Made by a program: the position numbers and the translations under genes. A model generated the notes under the pieces. That model ran no database searches and had not been told where the DNA came from. It saw only the letters and a list, made by a program, of their open reading frames with translations. Of a stretch of DNA of 64,000 nucleotides, positions 30,940 to 44,870 are shown in pieces. Position 1 is the stretch's first letter. Each line of letters opens with the position of its first letter. The DNA is from the human T2T-CHM13v2.0 reference genome, Homo sapiens, in the NCBI RefSeq assembly GCF_009914755.1, contig NC_060937.1, one strand, 5' to 3'.

Positions 30940-31475
30940 AGATGGAGTCTTGCTCTCTCTCCCAGGCTGGAGTGCAGTGGCTCAGTCTCGGCCACTGCAA
31001 CCTTCTCCTCCCGGGTTCATGCCATTCTCCTGCCTCAGCCTCCCGAGTAGCTGGGACTACAGGCGCCCGCCACCACACCTGGCTAATTTTTTGTATTTTT
31101 AGTAGAGACGGGGTTTCACCATGTTAGCCAGGATGGTCTCAATCTCCTGACCTCGTGATCCGCCCATCTCAGCCTCCCAAAGTGCGGGATTACAGGTGTG
31201 AGCCACTGTGCCCAGCCAAGACGTGTCTTTACCATGATTATTCTGACTTTGCTTTTACACATTGGCAACCAGATTCTACTTGACTGATTCTAGATTGTTT
31301 GCCCCCTACCTGTTATTTAAAAGCACATATTTCAACATATTGAATTTCCTAAGCTACAGTTGATTTCAATTTTCTTTAGCTCATTTTTAATTCTCTTCAT
31401 GCATAATCTTTAAAAAAAAATCCAATATGATGTTTTGTGCTGTGCCGTTTGACAGCTTGAAAACTGGTTATGCCA
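30471..31475 (-). other. TSD-flanked retroposed segment of unidentified origin (orphan transduction or 3'UTR retrocopy)
   Basis: 17-bp direct repeat tgtcccaggcacttctt at 30454-30470 and 31476-31492; decayed T-rich tail at left; body not recognised as a repeat. Confidence 0.65.
30892..31217 (-). mobile_element. AluY-like with 47-nt pure T tail
   Basis: gccattctcc, ttagccaggatggtctc; TSD agac(a/g)tgtcttt. Confidence 0.93.
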
Positions 31476-31490
31476 TGTCCCAGGCACTTC

Positions 31491-31789
<299 letters not shown>

Positions 31790-32642
31790 CCACACACTTC
31801 TTTTGATGATAGGAATACATGGGTGAACAAAACCCATGCAGTCCCTGTTCTCATGGAGCTTAGGGTCGCTGGGGGAGGACTGACATTCAATTAGTAAGTA
31901 GCACAATAAAGACTGAGGAGGGATGGTATAGGTTTGCTTATGCATAGCTAAGTGTGTTATTCTTCAGTGGTTTTCCTTCATCTTTGGGATAAAATCTAAG
32001 CTTCATAGCACGTACATATGGCTATTCTGGAACTGACGGGAGCCTCTTGATATACTTACAGATCCTCTCCACGCTCCCGCCCCATGTCTGCGCTTCATTG
32101 GAATGCCTTGGCCTCTTGCTTCTTGAACAGACTTCAGTATGAGCCAAAGCACTATTACTTCCTTGGAGTCTTTCCTGCTTTCTTATTCATGATATTTCTC
32201 CTTGGTGCGCTTGTGGCCTCACTGTGTCCCATCACCAACCCCTTCACTGTGTAATTTTGTATTGTCTCCTTTAAATAGATTCTGAGGCCCTTGGGCCCAG
32301 AAATGCGGTTTTCTGTCATTTTATCCTTAGTGTCTGTCTTAACATCTGATAGGTGCTGGAGGAGTCTCATGGTTAGTGGTGCCTACAGACGGATCATTGT
32401 TTTGATGGCGGTAACAGCACCTGGGTTCCACAAGTGTTTGAACGAATACACACACCCCTGCTGGATATCCAGTGAATGAGATTTCAGCTTTGGGCGAGAT
32501 GCTGGCCTATGTGGTGTTTAAATGTTTTGAAAGTTATCACTGCTTTTTTTCTATTACATAATTATTTATTTTTACCAAGCTCTCAAATGTCTTAATTGTG
32601 CCAGTCATATGTTATGAATTCTATTTCTGGGTATTGTAGGAA

Positions 32643-32877
32643 CAGCAGTTCCTATGGCTTTTTTTTTTTTTTTTCTGTGTATGAGCAATTCGACTCAGTG
32701 GGATGATATTTTCTTTTATAACTCATTAATGTTTGCGATACCGTGTACTCAAATATTCAATGTCAGCTGTCAGCTACCATTGGGATCCATCCCACAGACC
32801 ATCAAAATGTACTTTTGGGCTGAATTAGTCCTATGCCAAGACTTGTGGGTGGATCCAGCAGCAGTTGGGAACCACGT
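32643..32877. mobile_element. Possible old hAT-Charlie non-autonomous element
   Basis: Termini cagcagttcct.. and ..cagttgggaaccac resemble Charlie TIRs (cagtggttccc/gggaaccactg); subfamily not recognised. Confidence 0.4.
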
Positions 32878-33849
32878 GCCAGGCCTGGTGTATGTGCTCA
32901 CGGACACATTAATCCGATCATACCTTTCTTCCCTTAAAGAAACAATTAATGTTAATGTTATTGTACTTTGGCTAATGCAGAGTCTCAAAGTTAAATTAAG
33001 CACAACATAGGAAATTCTAAGTGGTTACCCGTAAAATGGAAGACCGTTTCATTCCCGCTGAGTGCAAATCTGGTGTCTCCGTATACTCAACATGAATGGC
33101 CGTAATACTTAATGCTTTAAAAAATGCATCTATTTCCAATGATAGATGAAAAGCATTTATTTGAGCCATCCGCATGCAGTGAACAATCTGTAAAATATTT
33201 GGTTATCTTCAGCTGGGCAGCATTCTTCCAGCTCGTATTGAGCTTGACTACGTCTAGATCTCATGCAAGGCATCCGGGCCAGCCATGAAGGAGGATGAGG
33301 TCCCTGCTCTCAAGGAGATCACTGTCTCGATACACAGATGCTCAGAGCCCTGCAGGACCCCTCTGGCTCTTGGTGTGGACTGTGCACTGCATGCTATTTC
33401 TCTTGAAAACTCTAGAGAACTGCTCGCTGTCCTGTGGGTTAAGTCACTTAGTGTAATCCCGAGGGAATAAGCAGACGCCCTCCCGAAAGCCTGGCATCTG
33501 GGACTGTCAACATTGATTACTACAGGGACCCAATGAGATGGAATTAAAATTAGCCCATACAGAAAAAGAGCACAGGAACTGTCAGGGAGATAGGAACATT
33601 TGTCCTGGAAATACCTGGGTTTTTGAATAGGTTTCCTGATGCAAAGGTCAGTGTTTCATACACACGCGTACTTCTCCCCACAACACCCCCATTTTACACC
33701 TTTCAGTACAACTCTGATTTAGAGAAGTGTGGTGGAGATTTATCTTTTTTTTTTTTTTTTGGTGTTGGGTGGCGAGGAGGGAGTGGTGAGGTTGGGAAGG
33801 GCAGTCCGTCATCCCCAAGCCTTACTTCTGGGGGATTTCCCCCTTGTAG

Positions 33850-34560
33850 AGGGCTGGGAACTTACGTTCCAGTACAGAAAGACAGGAAAAGACCTAACTA
33901 CATCATATGCCAGGTGGTACTAAGTACTACAAAGAAAAACAAAGTAAGGGAGGAAGGAGAGAGCATAATGGTGTGCAAATGGATATATACATGTTCATAT
34001 TTTATAAAACTTGTCAGACAGGCCTCTCTGAAAAAGTGACATTTAGCAGAGACCTATGGGAAATGACCTCAAAAATGACTTCCCCATTTCCCATGGGTCT
34101 CTGCTAAATGTCCAAGTTTTAGAGAGCAAAAAGAGAACGTGCAAAGGCCCTGAGGTAGAGAGCATGTTCTGTGTCTTTAAGGAACCGCAAGGTGTCCTCC
34201 ATGGCTGTAGAGAACAGGTGAGGGACAGTGTGGTATAGGGTTGGATGCCCAGAGAAATTGCAGTAGGCCAGGAACAGTTCAGAGTTTATTCTGAAGGACG
34301 GATCTGACCTGACCTTGCAAAAGGACCACATTGGCTGCTGAGTTGGGACAGTAGTGGCCAGGAGACCAATGGCGGTGGCTTTGAGTAACATCGTACTGGT
34401 GTAGGTGGTGGGAAGTGCTGGGGTTCCAGCTACATTTTGACAGTAGAGCTGACAAGATCTCCTAAAGAATTGGGTATTGAATGTGTGAGAAAGAGGAGTC
34501 ATGGATGACTCCAAGGTTTTTGGGCCAAGGAGCTGGCAAAATGGAGTTGCCGTTTTCAGA
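33850..34560 (-). mobile_element. L2a fragment
   Basis: aggcctctctga.aa.gtgacattt.agcagagacct..gcaaaggccctgaggt..ggagtcatggatgactccaaggtttttgg..ctggcaaaatggagttgcc. Confidence 0.85.
34038..34112. repeat. Inverted repeat, 28-bp arms, 19-nt loop
   Basis: 34038-34065 pairs with 34085-34112 at 27/28; the one mismatch is a U-G wobble on the + strand. Confidence 0.95.
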
Positions 34561-34714
34561 AGGGAAAGACCAAGGGGGCAAACACATGAAAAGAACATTA
34601 GCCCCTGAATTTTAGATACTTTCTTTGCTCCATATGAAAGGAACTTGAAATTTGAAAGGATGCACATCTCTGATTATATAAGTAAATATTACAGTTGCCT
34701 AGTTCTTGAGATTA

Positions 34715-35149
34715 CAGTTGATCCGTGAACAACGCAGGTTGGGGTGCCCAACCTGTGCAGTCAGAAATCCACGTATACCTTTTGACTCCCCAAAAACTTA
34801 ACTACTAATAGCCTACTGTTAATCAGAAGCCTTACCAATAACATAGTCAATTAACATGTTTTGTATGTTGTATGTATTATATACTGAGATTCCTACAGTA
34901 AAGTAAGCTAGAGTCAAGGAAAATGTTATTAAGAAAATCATAAGGAAGAGAGAATACATTTACGATTTGTTTAATGGAAGTGGATCATCCGAAAGGCCTT
35001 CCTCCTCATCGTCTTCATGTTGAGTGGGCTGAGGAGGAGGAGGAGGATGAGTGGCTGGTCATGCTGTCTCTGGGACGGCAGAGGCAGAAGAAAATCCACA
35101 TGTAAATGGATCCTCACAGTTCAAATCCATGTCGTTCAGAGGCCAAATG
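34715..35149. mobile_element. Tigger2a (MER28) DNA transposon
   Basis: TA-flanked TIRs cagttgatccgtgaacaac/gtcgttcagaggccaaatg; internal gactccccaaaaacttaactactaatagcctactgtt. Confidence 0.9.
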
Positions 35150-36169
35150 TATTTGGGTCTGTGAAACTGGCCTTTGCTTTCCATCGTGGGCAGAGTTAGC
35201 TGATTATAAAATCATTCGTTCAGCAGAACTTGGTGGTTGGATTCCAAACCTGCAAAGGAACTATCATGAGGGGCAAGTTTCTGCCAGCGGGTATATCCCA
35301 TCCCAGCAACACTGTTCTGAGCCCCTCAGCAAGATTCCATGTCCTGGTGCAGGGAGTCACTCCTTGTACTCCCAACAAGCTAGCCAGAGTACTCCTGCCC
35401 CGTCAGCCTCCCTCCCCACCTTCTCATCACTGTTTGCTGTCTCTCCTTTGAGCGCCTCCAGGTCTCTAAGTCTTTGGTGTAAGTGGCCCTGCCAACTCTC
35501 TCTTGGTCATTCAAAGAACAGTCTGTGTAAACAGCACCAAGTTGACACCATCTGGCCCAATTCCCCTGCATTTTCTTGGAGAGTGATTGTCTTGTGAAGC
35601 ATTGAGACAAAGCCTTATTTGAGGAGAGTCCTTGGTGGGGAAACAATAGCTTCTGTGTTCTTCACAAGAACCTCTTTGGAGAGCAAACTAAACTTGGGTG
35701 GGTGGATATTGAAAAGGCTTTTCCAAGGGTAGGAAGCAAAATGTAATTATCTTCCTCTGCAGGAGTTTTTCTGTTGACATTTCCTGCTCTTAACAAAGTA
35801 TAGTGTGTGCCCTTAAGTGTGTTGTTCTGGAAGCATCCACAGCCCTTTCAGTGTATCTTACATGCTGTGGATAATTTAAAAAGTACCCATTTATTTTACA
35901 AGTTGGAGGGAGTGTAAGACCCACTGAATTCAATACATAGCATCCACATTTTTAACCAGAAATCTGAAGTGTTAATTTGCTTCCCGTTTGTCCAGTGAAC
36001 TTGACTCTTAACATTTTCTTAAATTAGGGGAATGGGAGCTGTAAGTTACAGTAGATGCCAAGTACTTGGTAAAAATGAAATGTTGGTGGGGGAAAGCCAT
36101 GGGGAAAATGTATTTGTCAAAACACTTTAGGCTAAATAACTTAATAATAAATGTAGTATCTCATGGCCA

Positions 36170-36360
36170 GGCAGTGCAACATTCAATACAGTAGTCACTT
36201 GCCACATGTGGCTATTTAAATTTAAATTAAATAAAATTGAAAACACAGTTGCACTAGCCATACTCAAGGGCTCATTAGCCATCTGTGGCCAGTGGCTACT
36301 GAATTAGCACAGATATAGAACATTCCCTCCCTGGTAGAACATTGTATTGGGCAGTACTGA
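36170..36360. mobile_element. MER3
   Basis: gccacatgtggctatttaaatttaaattaa..gcacagatatagaacatt. Confidence 0.85.
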
Positions 36361-37995
36361 TGGAGAACATAGTATAGGAACCATCTATGATAAATTATCA
36401 TACATGTCACTCATTGTTGTCCAGCCCAAAGCCTGAGGGTAGGAGATGCTAAGAGACTTGAAGAAAATCTTGTTCTACAGTGGCATGATCTTGGTGGTGT
36501 AGGATGGGAAGCTCAAGTTTTGTACCCTTCAGTTGAAACATTTATCCTGCTGGTAACTCTGGTCTAGGACAGTAACAGTGTACTGAGCTACACGATCCTG
36601 TGTAGATAACGTGCTTTGTTCTAAGACACTTACATAGAAAATATAACCTATTTTAATAAGAAAATAATGGAGTCATTTCAACTCATGGGGTAAATAAAAT
36701 GTAGGAAAGAAAGGGGGAAGCAGAGGTGGAGTGAATTTTGAAAGTCCCCCGTTTGTGTCGGTGGGTATGTGATCTGACTTTGAATAAAAGAGAATCAGAT
36801 GGACGAATCTTTTCTTAACTCAATGGTGGATGACTGACATTGCCCTATTTTCCAGTTACATTTAAATGGAATCAATTGTTTTCTCTTCTAGCATAAAGAG
36901 CAGGCAAAGGATGGTTATCATGCTTTGGCTGAGACCAGGCATGCTGGATAAATATTTACCAAGCTAAGGAGGTCTGTGAGAACAGGGCTGGGTCAGGGAT
37001 GCCCAGGAGTAAGTGACATTGTTCTCATAGCAGAGCCATGTTGTGCTACTGCTGCCAGATGACCCAGCAGGCTCAGAGTCATACTTCAGAGGAGGGGAAC
37101 ACAGGTCACCTGAGGAAAGGTAGCGTGACTTCAAACACTGGGCCACTAAGAAAGGTGGACCCCATCTCTGAGGTACCAGGCTACATGCTGTGGTTGACAC
37201 CAGAATCCATGGAGAAACCTCTGGGTGTCCTGCACCCCACAGAGAGGTTTGGAAGCAGGCTGCAAATGGCACAGGGATACTGTCAACAATATGTAAAATG
37301 TAGTCAGTCAGTGTAAGGAATCGAAATTTCCATGATCACAACTTATCCTGAATGTGTGTGGAAGTAAAGCCAGGGGCTATTGTACTGACAAATAGGAATA
37401 GGAGAAGGTGACCTCCCTGAGCCTAGAGAAAGGCAGGGCAGGGATTTATCGGGTTAACATGGGCCAGTGGAGAGGGTGCGGCCTCCTGCCCACTGGGAAG
37501 AAAGGGCCAGGCATCCTGTCTTTAAACTAAGATGGCCATTTTGCTTACCCACATTTTTTTGCTCAGCTCACTATTGAGTCAACAAATCTTTTGATCATGG
37601 CAGGGTTCCCAGATGTTTTTGGGATTGTAAGGCAAATGTGAGGATGCCTCAAGAGATGCTGGTCTACTTGGGCTTTACTCTTTACCAAGTAGGTATATTT
37701 ATGTGTGTCGAAGTCCATCTATGAATGGTCTGTGGACTTGAGCTATTTCCCTGGTATTTGATCATCTCTAACCAAGCTGATCAGTCATTTTTCATTCCTG
37801 AAAGGAGGAAAAAGAACAAACAGCATTTTGGCCCCACTGTGGCTTCCCTTACTCTCATTTGACCCTTGGCCCTCCTTCTCACTGAGGCCTGTGGAAAGCA
37901 CAGCTCCGTGAAATTTAACATTATTCTTGTTATGATCACCAGTGAAGAAACTCATTTGCAAAGCCACTAACTCAAGGAGGGCAGGTTATGGGATG

Positions 37996-38094
37996 CCATG
38001 AAGGGTTCAACCATTGATAAGATAAGGGTTCAACCATGAAGGGTTCAACCATTGATAAGAATGCTCTTATCAAGCATTCAACAAATATTGATAA
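37996..38094. repeat. Short duplication and fold-back mosaic
   Basis: ccatgaagggttcaaccattgataaga at 37996-38022 and 38034-38060; inverted tcttatcaa at 38065-38073. Confidence 0.9.
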
Positions 38095-38336
38095 ATACTG
38101 TTATAATATTTATTTGTAAACTATATTTGTATCATGTCATGCAGTGAACTAAGAGTTCTCCCACATGTCATATTACTTAATTTAAAATAAAAACACACTT
38201 GTGAGGTGAGGACAGTGCTTGCTTATTACTTTTCGGCACAAGTCATTATAGGGAAAGATAAAATGAAATAGACACACACCTGGCCTTTGGCATAAAGGTA
38301 AATTTACAGTATTATTAATTTGGAGAGAGCACTTTA

Positions 38337-38817
<481 letters not shown>

Positions 38818-39674
38818 TTATTTATTTTTTGCAAGTCTGTCTACTTACATAAAGGGCTATGTTGTTAATTTAAATGAAAGGGATTCATGTTTAGGGCTTC
38901 TTGCCTGGTATACCTTGGTGCTCTTTTGAAGTGATATTAAATTTTAGGGCAGGAATCGTAAATTGATTTTTATTCCACTGCCAAGTTTAGAGGAGTCATG
39001 GCAGCAGAGGGAGCCCTGGGCAGGCAATGCCACGAGACTCGCGTGTCCTCAGTGGATATGGGGAGGATGAAGGGGCAGTGGACACAACCCAGGTTTGCTA
39101 TTCTTGCTCCGTGGGGGAATGCTAGCCATTTAGATTTAAGGAAGCTCGCTGGGTTACTACCTCTGCTTATAAACTCCAGATTTGTCAATAAGATGACCTT
39201 TGAAAGCATAAAAAGCCTGCAGATAAAAATAACCTCCCAGTCCCCCTCTCCTCCCCCATGTTCTTCTGGCTGGGTGAGTCAGTTTCTTATGCATCTTTGA
39301 CTTGCTGATCTTGTTCCATAAAGCATCACCATCTTAAAGAATGGTTCAAATAATAAAGAGACATTTGGAATTTTCTTCCCAGCCTAAAGACTTACTCCAG
39401 AAATAAAGGTCAGTTCAGATTTGTTAACATCTGCATTAATTAGGACATCTAGCATGTCAAGTAATAAAAGCTAAAATTCTTTCTGCAACGATAAAGAATT
39501 GTATCTGGAAGACTGGGGTATGTATGCATGTGGTATTCTGAGAGTCCTTTCTTCCCATCCTTTTATATTTTGCATTCTTAAAATTAAGAAATTAAAGAGC
39601 CATAATCACTGCAGTTTAAAATATAAGAAAGAGCCCTGAACTTGGATGACCTTAGGTGGTTGCTTAGCCTCTAG

Positions 39675-39852
39675 CCCAGGGCTTGTCCAGGCCAACTGCA
39701 CATTAGCCTCACCTGGGGAGCTTTTTAAAAGAATACTGATTCCCAGGTGCGACACCAGCTAACTGCATCAGAGCTTTGGGGATGAGACCCGAGCATCGAT
39801 ACATTATTTTAAAGAGCTTCCACATGGAGCATGTCCTGGTTTGAGAGCAGCT
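39675..39852. mobile_element. MER5B inserted in MIR
   Basis: ctgcacattag..tcacctggggagctttttaaaa..atactgat; MIR text on both flanks. Confidence 0.8.
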
Positions 39853-40378
39853 ACTCTAGCAGATCTGTGTCTTCAGTTTCCTCATCTATAAACTCCCATT
39901 ATCAATCAACTGGGAAGACCTTCGTGGATTAGGCTCGTCACCTTCTCCAGCCTCACCGCCATCATTCCTTCCTGTCCCGTGGCCCCCCGATTGCAGGTAC
40001 ACCTTGCCGCCAGCACATGCGCACACTCTCCTTTCTGCCTTGAATGCTATTTCCCCAGTTTCTTCCCATTCCAGTTCTCTGGATGAAATGACTTTCCCTG
40101 TAAAAATCCGAATCAGTGCTTCTCCCCTTGTAGAAACCCCCGTTCTCGCCAGAGTGGACATGGGCATCCTTCTCCTATGTTTCCATGATCTGTGAAGACA
40201 GGGACCCCCCGCTCTTCATGCACATCCTCCACTCCTAGCACAGGAGATGTTCAGGAAGCCTTTGCTAATGGGAGCCTTTTTTGCGTAGAATGTCTGTTTT
40301 CCCTTCTGAAGTTCTGAGCCACATTAGAGTACTTGTAAACTGTAAAGGATTTTACAAATATAAAGTGACTTAATGGCC

Positions 40379-40654
40379 TTTTTTTTTTTTTTTTTTCCTG
40401 AGACAGAATCTCCCTCTGTCTGCCAGGCTAGAGTGCAGTGACATAGCTCACTGCAGCCTCTGCTTCCCAACTCAGGTGATCCTCTCACCTCTGCCTCTTG
40501 AGTAGCTGGGACCACAGGTGCTAGCCACCATGCCTGGCTAATTTTTGTATTTTTTGTGGGGACAAAGTGTCACTACATTGCCCAGGCTGGTTTCAAACTC
40601 CTGAGCTCAAGTGATCCTCCTACCTTGGCCTCCCAAAGCTGGGATTACACGGCC
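40379..40654 (-). mobile_element. AluJ
   Basis: catagctcactgcagcctc, gatcctctcacctc. Confidence 0.9.
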
Positions 40655-43600
40655 CTAAATGACTTTTTAAATGACACTGATTTAAATGATTTCAAATGAT
40701 GGTTTTTTAATAACAGCAAATGAATATTCATATATCACCTTTCTGTAATCTCTGCTTTTCTTCAAGTGAGAATATGGGGCATAGGGCTTTCTTTATTGTG
40801 CACAGCACAGTCTGGTTGCCCTCAGGGGAGATGCCGGATTGTTCCCATAGGAAGATAGGCTGTAGGGTAGCCTTAGTGCTGTCAACTGCAAAGTGACGTT
40901 CAGCTGATCAGCAGGAGCTACTTAGATGGTGTGTGCCCTGGGCAGCAGCTCCATAAAACCAAAACCTTGTCCAAATAACGGAGCTGCCCATGAACTTTTA
41001 TTATGTGGACTTACCTCTCTCGAAGCCATCTGTGTGTGTGGTTTTGTGAAGCAATTAAGCTCCAGGTGTGCAATAGAAATGAAGTAGCCGCTTAATTATT
41101 TGGTGAAACAGCAGGCATTTGGGATTCAAGATTGGCTTTAAAACTTCCCAGGCTTTGTTCATGCTATTTTGTTCTTAGGAATTTTAACACAGCCTAGAGA
41201 GAAAGGGTGAATTACTATGACTACAGCCAACTGTAGGTACGATAATTTTAAAAACTCAAACTGCCCCGTGTTTAAATGAAATTATAAGAAGATCTGCCTG
41301 ATTCTCTTTGGGTTATTACTACTGTGGGAAGGAGGACATTTGGGTGGGGACGTTATGTTTATGAACGGGCTGACATGTAAGCAAAATTTGGGTAGATGTG
41401 TATGTTTGGGGGAAGGAAGCCCCTCTCTCTCATCTGATTCTCAAAAGGGTCCTGTCTCCCTCCACCGCTTCACCCCCACCAATAGGAATGGAGTCTTCAG
41501 TGCTGTTTTATGTTACTTTGAAGTTGTCAGTTGTATCTAAGAATTAAAGATAGATTTTGAATAAGTTCCTTGTCATGTTACATGGCATAGAAGCAGATCC
41601 CTATCAGAGCGGGTTTCTGAATTATCCACGTTCCCTGTATCTTGTTTGCCATCATCCTGTGCGTTTGCATTTTGACCTTGACATTTCTGATGAGAAATGG
41701 CAGAGAAGTAGAAAATGAAATAAAGCAGAATGCCGAGAAACAGGGCGACCCAGGATTTCCATGTCAGGCTGTGTAGGACTGTGATGGGAACTGCCCCAAG
41801 CCCCAGAGCTGCGCAGCACGGTGGCCCTGCGTGTGCTCTGCATATTTGAGCATCTGTCCTCTATCAGGCATTATGTGTATACTTTCCTTTTTAGTTCCTT
41901 TAACAGCATTTTCAAGGCTTGGTTATCCCATTTTGCCAAGGAAAAGGGAAGACACCATGGCTTGTGTTTAAATACATTGCCTTGGGATCACACATCTCTA
42001 CGTTCATTCGTGTCGCATAATCTGAAGACTGATTGACAAGGTCCCATGCTTGCACAGAGGTGGACTCACTAAACATTTGTTAGCTGTAACTTACTAGCAT
42101 AGAAGACAGTTTCCAAAGGTGCAGATAGAAACTCTTATGGGACTGCACCCCATGCTTCTTTTTGTTTTATCATCTGCTTGTATGAAAGAGTTGGTTGGGA
42201 TGAAGCAATCAGCTTAATTTTTTTCCCCTTACCTGTGGCTTTCAAGTATTTTGTGTTTGCTCTGCCAGCTGTTCCCAGGAATGGAGTGAAACCCTTGTTT
42301 TGTTTTTGTCTCTGTGTTTATGCTGTTGGGCTTTCATATCTTTTCATCAGCACTTCATTAATTCTTTGGTTATGGGACATGAGCAATGTATAGAGGAGTT
42401 AAAAACAGTCCCTGGCCTTCTAGGAGCTTAGAGCATTAAAAAGGAGCTTTCTGTCTTTTCAACGCCTTGGTTGTGTAATAATGTAGGTGAGTTACACCCG
42501 CTGATGGATGAGTAGTATGTTTCTTGCTGTAAAGTGGAAATAGAAAGGAATAAATGGTGAGCAGGCTTTAGGAATGTATTTGGTCATTTACTAACATTGT
42601 ATATATGAGGATTTTCAGACCTGTGCTGAATGGAACTGCAAGTTTTAAGTGGAGGGGCTGCCAAAAATGAAGGCACGTGCTGCTAAGATGCTATCTGGCG
42701 GGAGGGATGGAACAGGAAAGCGGAGGTTTCTTTGGGAATGCAGTGAGTGGCCCCCTTGGGATTATGTGCACAACTTCAGAAAATATTGATTATATTTAAA
42801 AAATATTGATTTTAATGCTGGGTAATAAAGCAATACATGTTCCTATCAAAAACATTTGAACCGACAGAAACTAAAAAAAGCCACAGTTCTACCATGCAGA
42901 AGTAACCATTGTTACAAAACTTTGCTGTCTGTTTTTTTGGCATAGGGTGTTTTATTAATATTGACCTTTGCTAGAAACAACCTTTTCTCTTCCTCTCTAT
43001 CCTCACACCCTCTCTCCCAGGCACTGAGAACAAGATGGTTACCAGCCAAGAGACATAAAAGCATACTCTGGCTGGCTCTATTTGAAAGATGGGGCCCAGC
43101 AGGCGAAATGTATGAACACGTAGGGGCTGTCTACTGAAGTGAGAGCTTTGACATTACGCCTTCAAATTATTCCTTTCCTTGCCTATTCTACAGAAGACTC
43201 ATAAGCCTTGAGCAATTGTGTGTGGAGTTATGCTCCTGGGTGGCAACATAAATGCTAAAGTAGGAAAAATATTAGTAAAGATACAGTCTGGGCCCCAAAG
43301 AACCACATTAGAGTCTTAACTCCAATTATAGTCTTGGAAACCTGAATTCATAATTTCCTTCCATCCTTCTGCAGCCTTAGGAAGATGTAATTCTTTAATC
43401 ACTTTATTTGAGAGCTTAGGAAAATAAACAGTAACAAAAAGCTGTTCAGTGGAGCTATATGGCTGCAACACACGACTGCACGGACAAAAATGTGGTGCTG
43501 AAATCACTGCTATTTTAATAATCGGTACATTTAATTCTAGCTCTTTATTATTTTAAAATAGTTTTTTGTTTCTATGTTTTTGGATGCTTTCTGCCTCCCA

Positions 43601-44680
43601 GATGATCTGCTGCTTCAAGTATGTGTGCTAATCAGTAGCTAATCAGGGGGACTGAAATGCTACAGGAGCATTGAAAGCTTCCTCTTTTGTTCTGGCCTCA
43701 CTATTGAATAGTTTCTAATGTTCCCCCAAATAATGTTTAAAGAATTTATTAAAACACTCCCTCTCAGTCCCAGTAATAGGCCAAGAGCCAACCACACACA
43801 GAATTTGGCCACACCCTTTCCCCTGAGAGCACTGTATCTAGATTAAGATATTTATTGAGGCAAAGAGAAAGTTGGTGTTAGGTTAGGAGGTCTGGAGTGA
43901 GAAGACAGTCCGTCCATGCTGCCTTATGGGGTTGGCCTCGAGTAGTGTGGGGACGACAGGCTTTCACGTTAGTCACTTAGAGGTCACTGGGAACTGTTCC
44001 TTGGGGCCCTGGGCCACTGTCGTTTGCACGGACCCCGTGTCTCTCTCAGCCTTGGTAGCAGTCATCCAACCACATCTCTATCATCGTTCTAACCGGCAGT
44101 GAAGAGAGCTGGGCAGATGCTTTGGGAGCCCTCTTGGTTTGGTACCCAGGATGTCCGCGTATTCTTTTTGAGTGGATTGATTTCCAGGGAAAATGTTACA
44201 TTATATAACAGCAGTTTTATAAACATATACAAAATGTGTTCTGTACATGTAAAAGGGTCTTGCCTTCTGACTGTGCCCTCTTGCCGGTGGCTTCATCAGC
44301 TCTTCCATCTCTGCAGGTGAAGCCACTTCTCTGCTCCGCCCAGCAGGGCCACCCTTCCCCGTCCCCTCTGTACTTTTTTTCTAAAATATAGAAAGAACAG
44401 CATTATGAATATTACTTGCTTTACCAAATGATGGTTTCAAATATATATGGGGCACTTAATGTCCAGTTTTCTTTGAAAATAGACTTCTCCAAAAATGTTG
44501 GCCTGGTCAGGCACTGAGGCTTCTGTCTTCTGTGCTGCTGCCGACTTGGGGGCTCCATGGCCTTGGAGAGTTACCCTTTAAGGGACTCCATTAATGCATC
44601 CCAAATGACAAAGCCCCTGCCTGGATGATCTCTCAGGTCTCTCCAACCCTGGAATTGGTGATCCTGTTGTTGGTCCAGAC

Positions 44681-44870
44681 CAGCTGTCATCAACTTGGGG
44701 CCATTGCGCCATCCAGGGGACATCGAGCTGGGTCCAGAGACTGCTTTGGTTGTCATCTAATGGCATCTTGAGGAAAGAGGCCAAGGCACTGCTGATCATC
44801 CTACAAGGCATAGGACAGTCCACCCTGCCCCCAACAAAGGAACACCTGCTCAAATGTCAGTAATGCAGAG
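44681..44870 (+). mobile_element. MER20
   Basis: ccaggggacat..tttggttgtca..tggcatct..agaggccaagg..tgct.a.catcctacaa.gcataggacag..caaatgtca.ta.tgc. Confidence 0.8.

Noticed and set aside
32654-33010. 118-aa ATG ORF
   Set aside because: Reads through a poly-T run and a probable transposon relic; no recognisable homology
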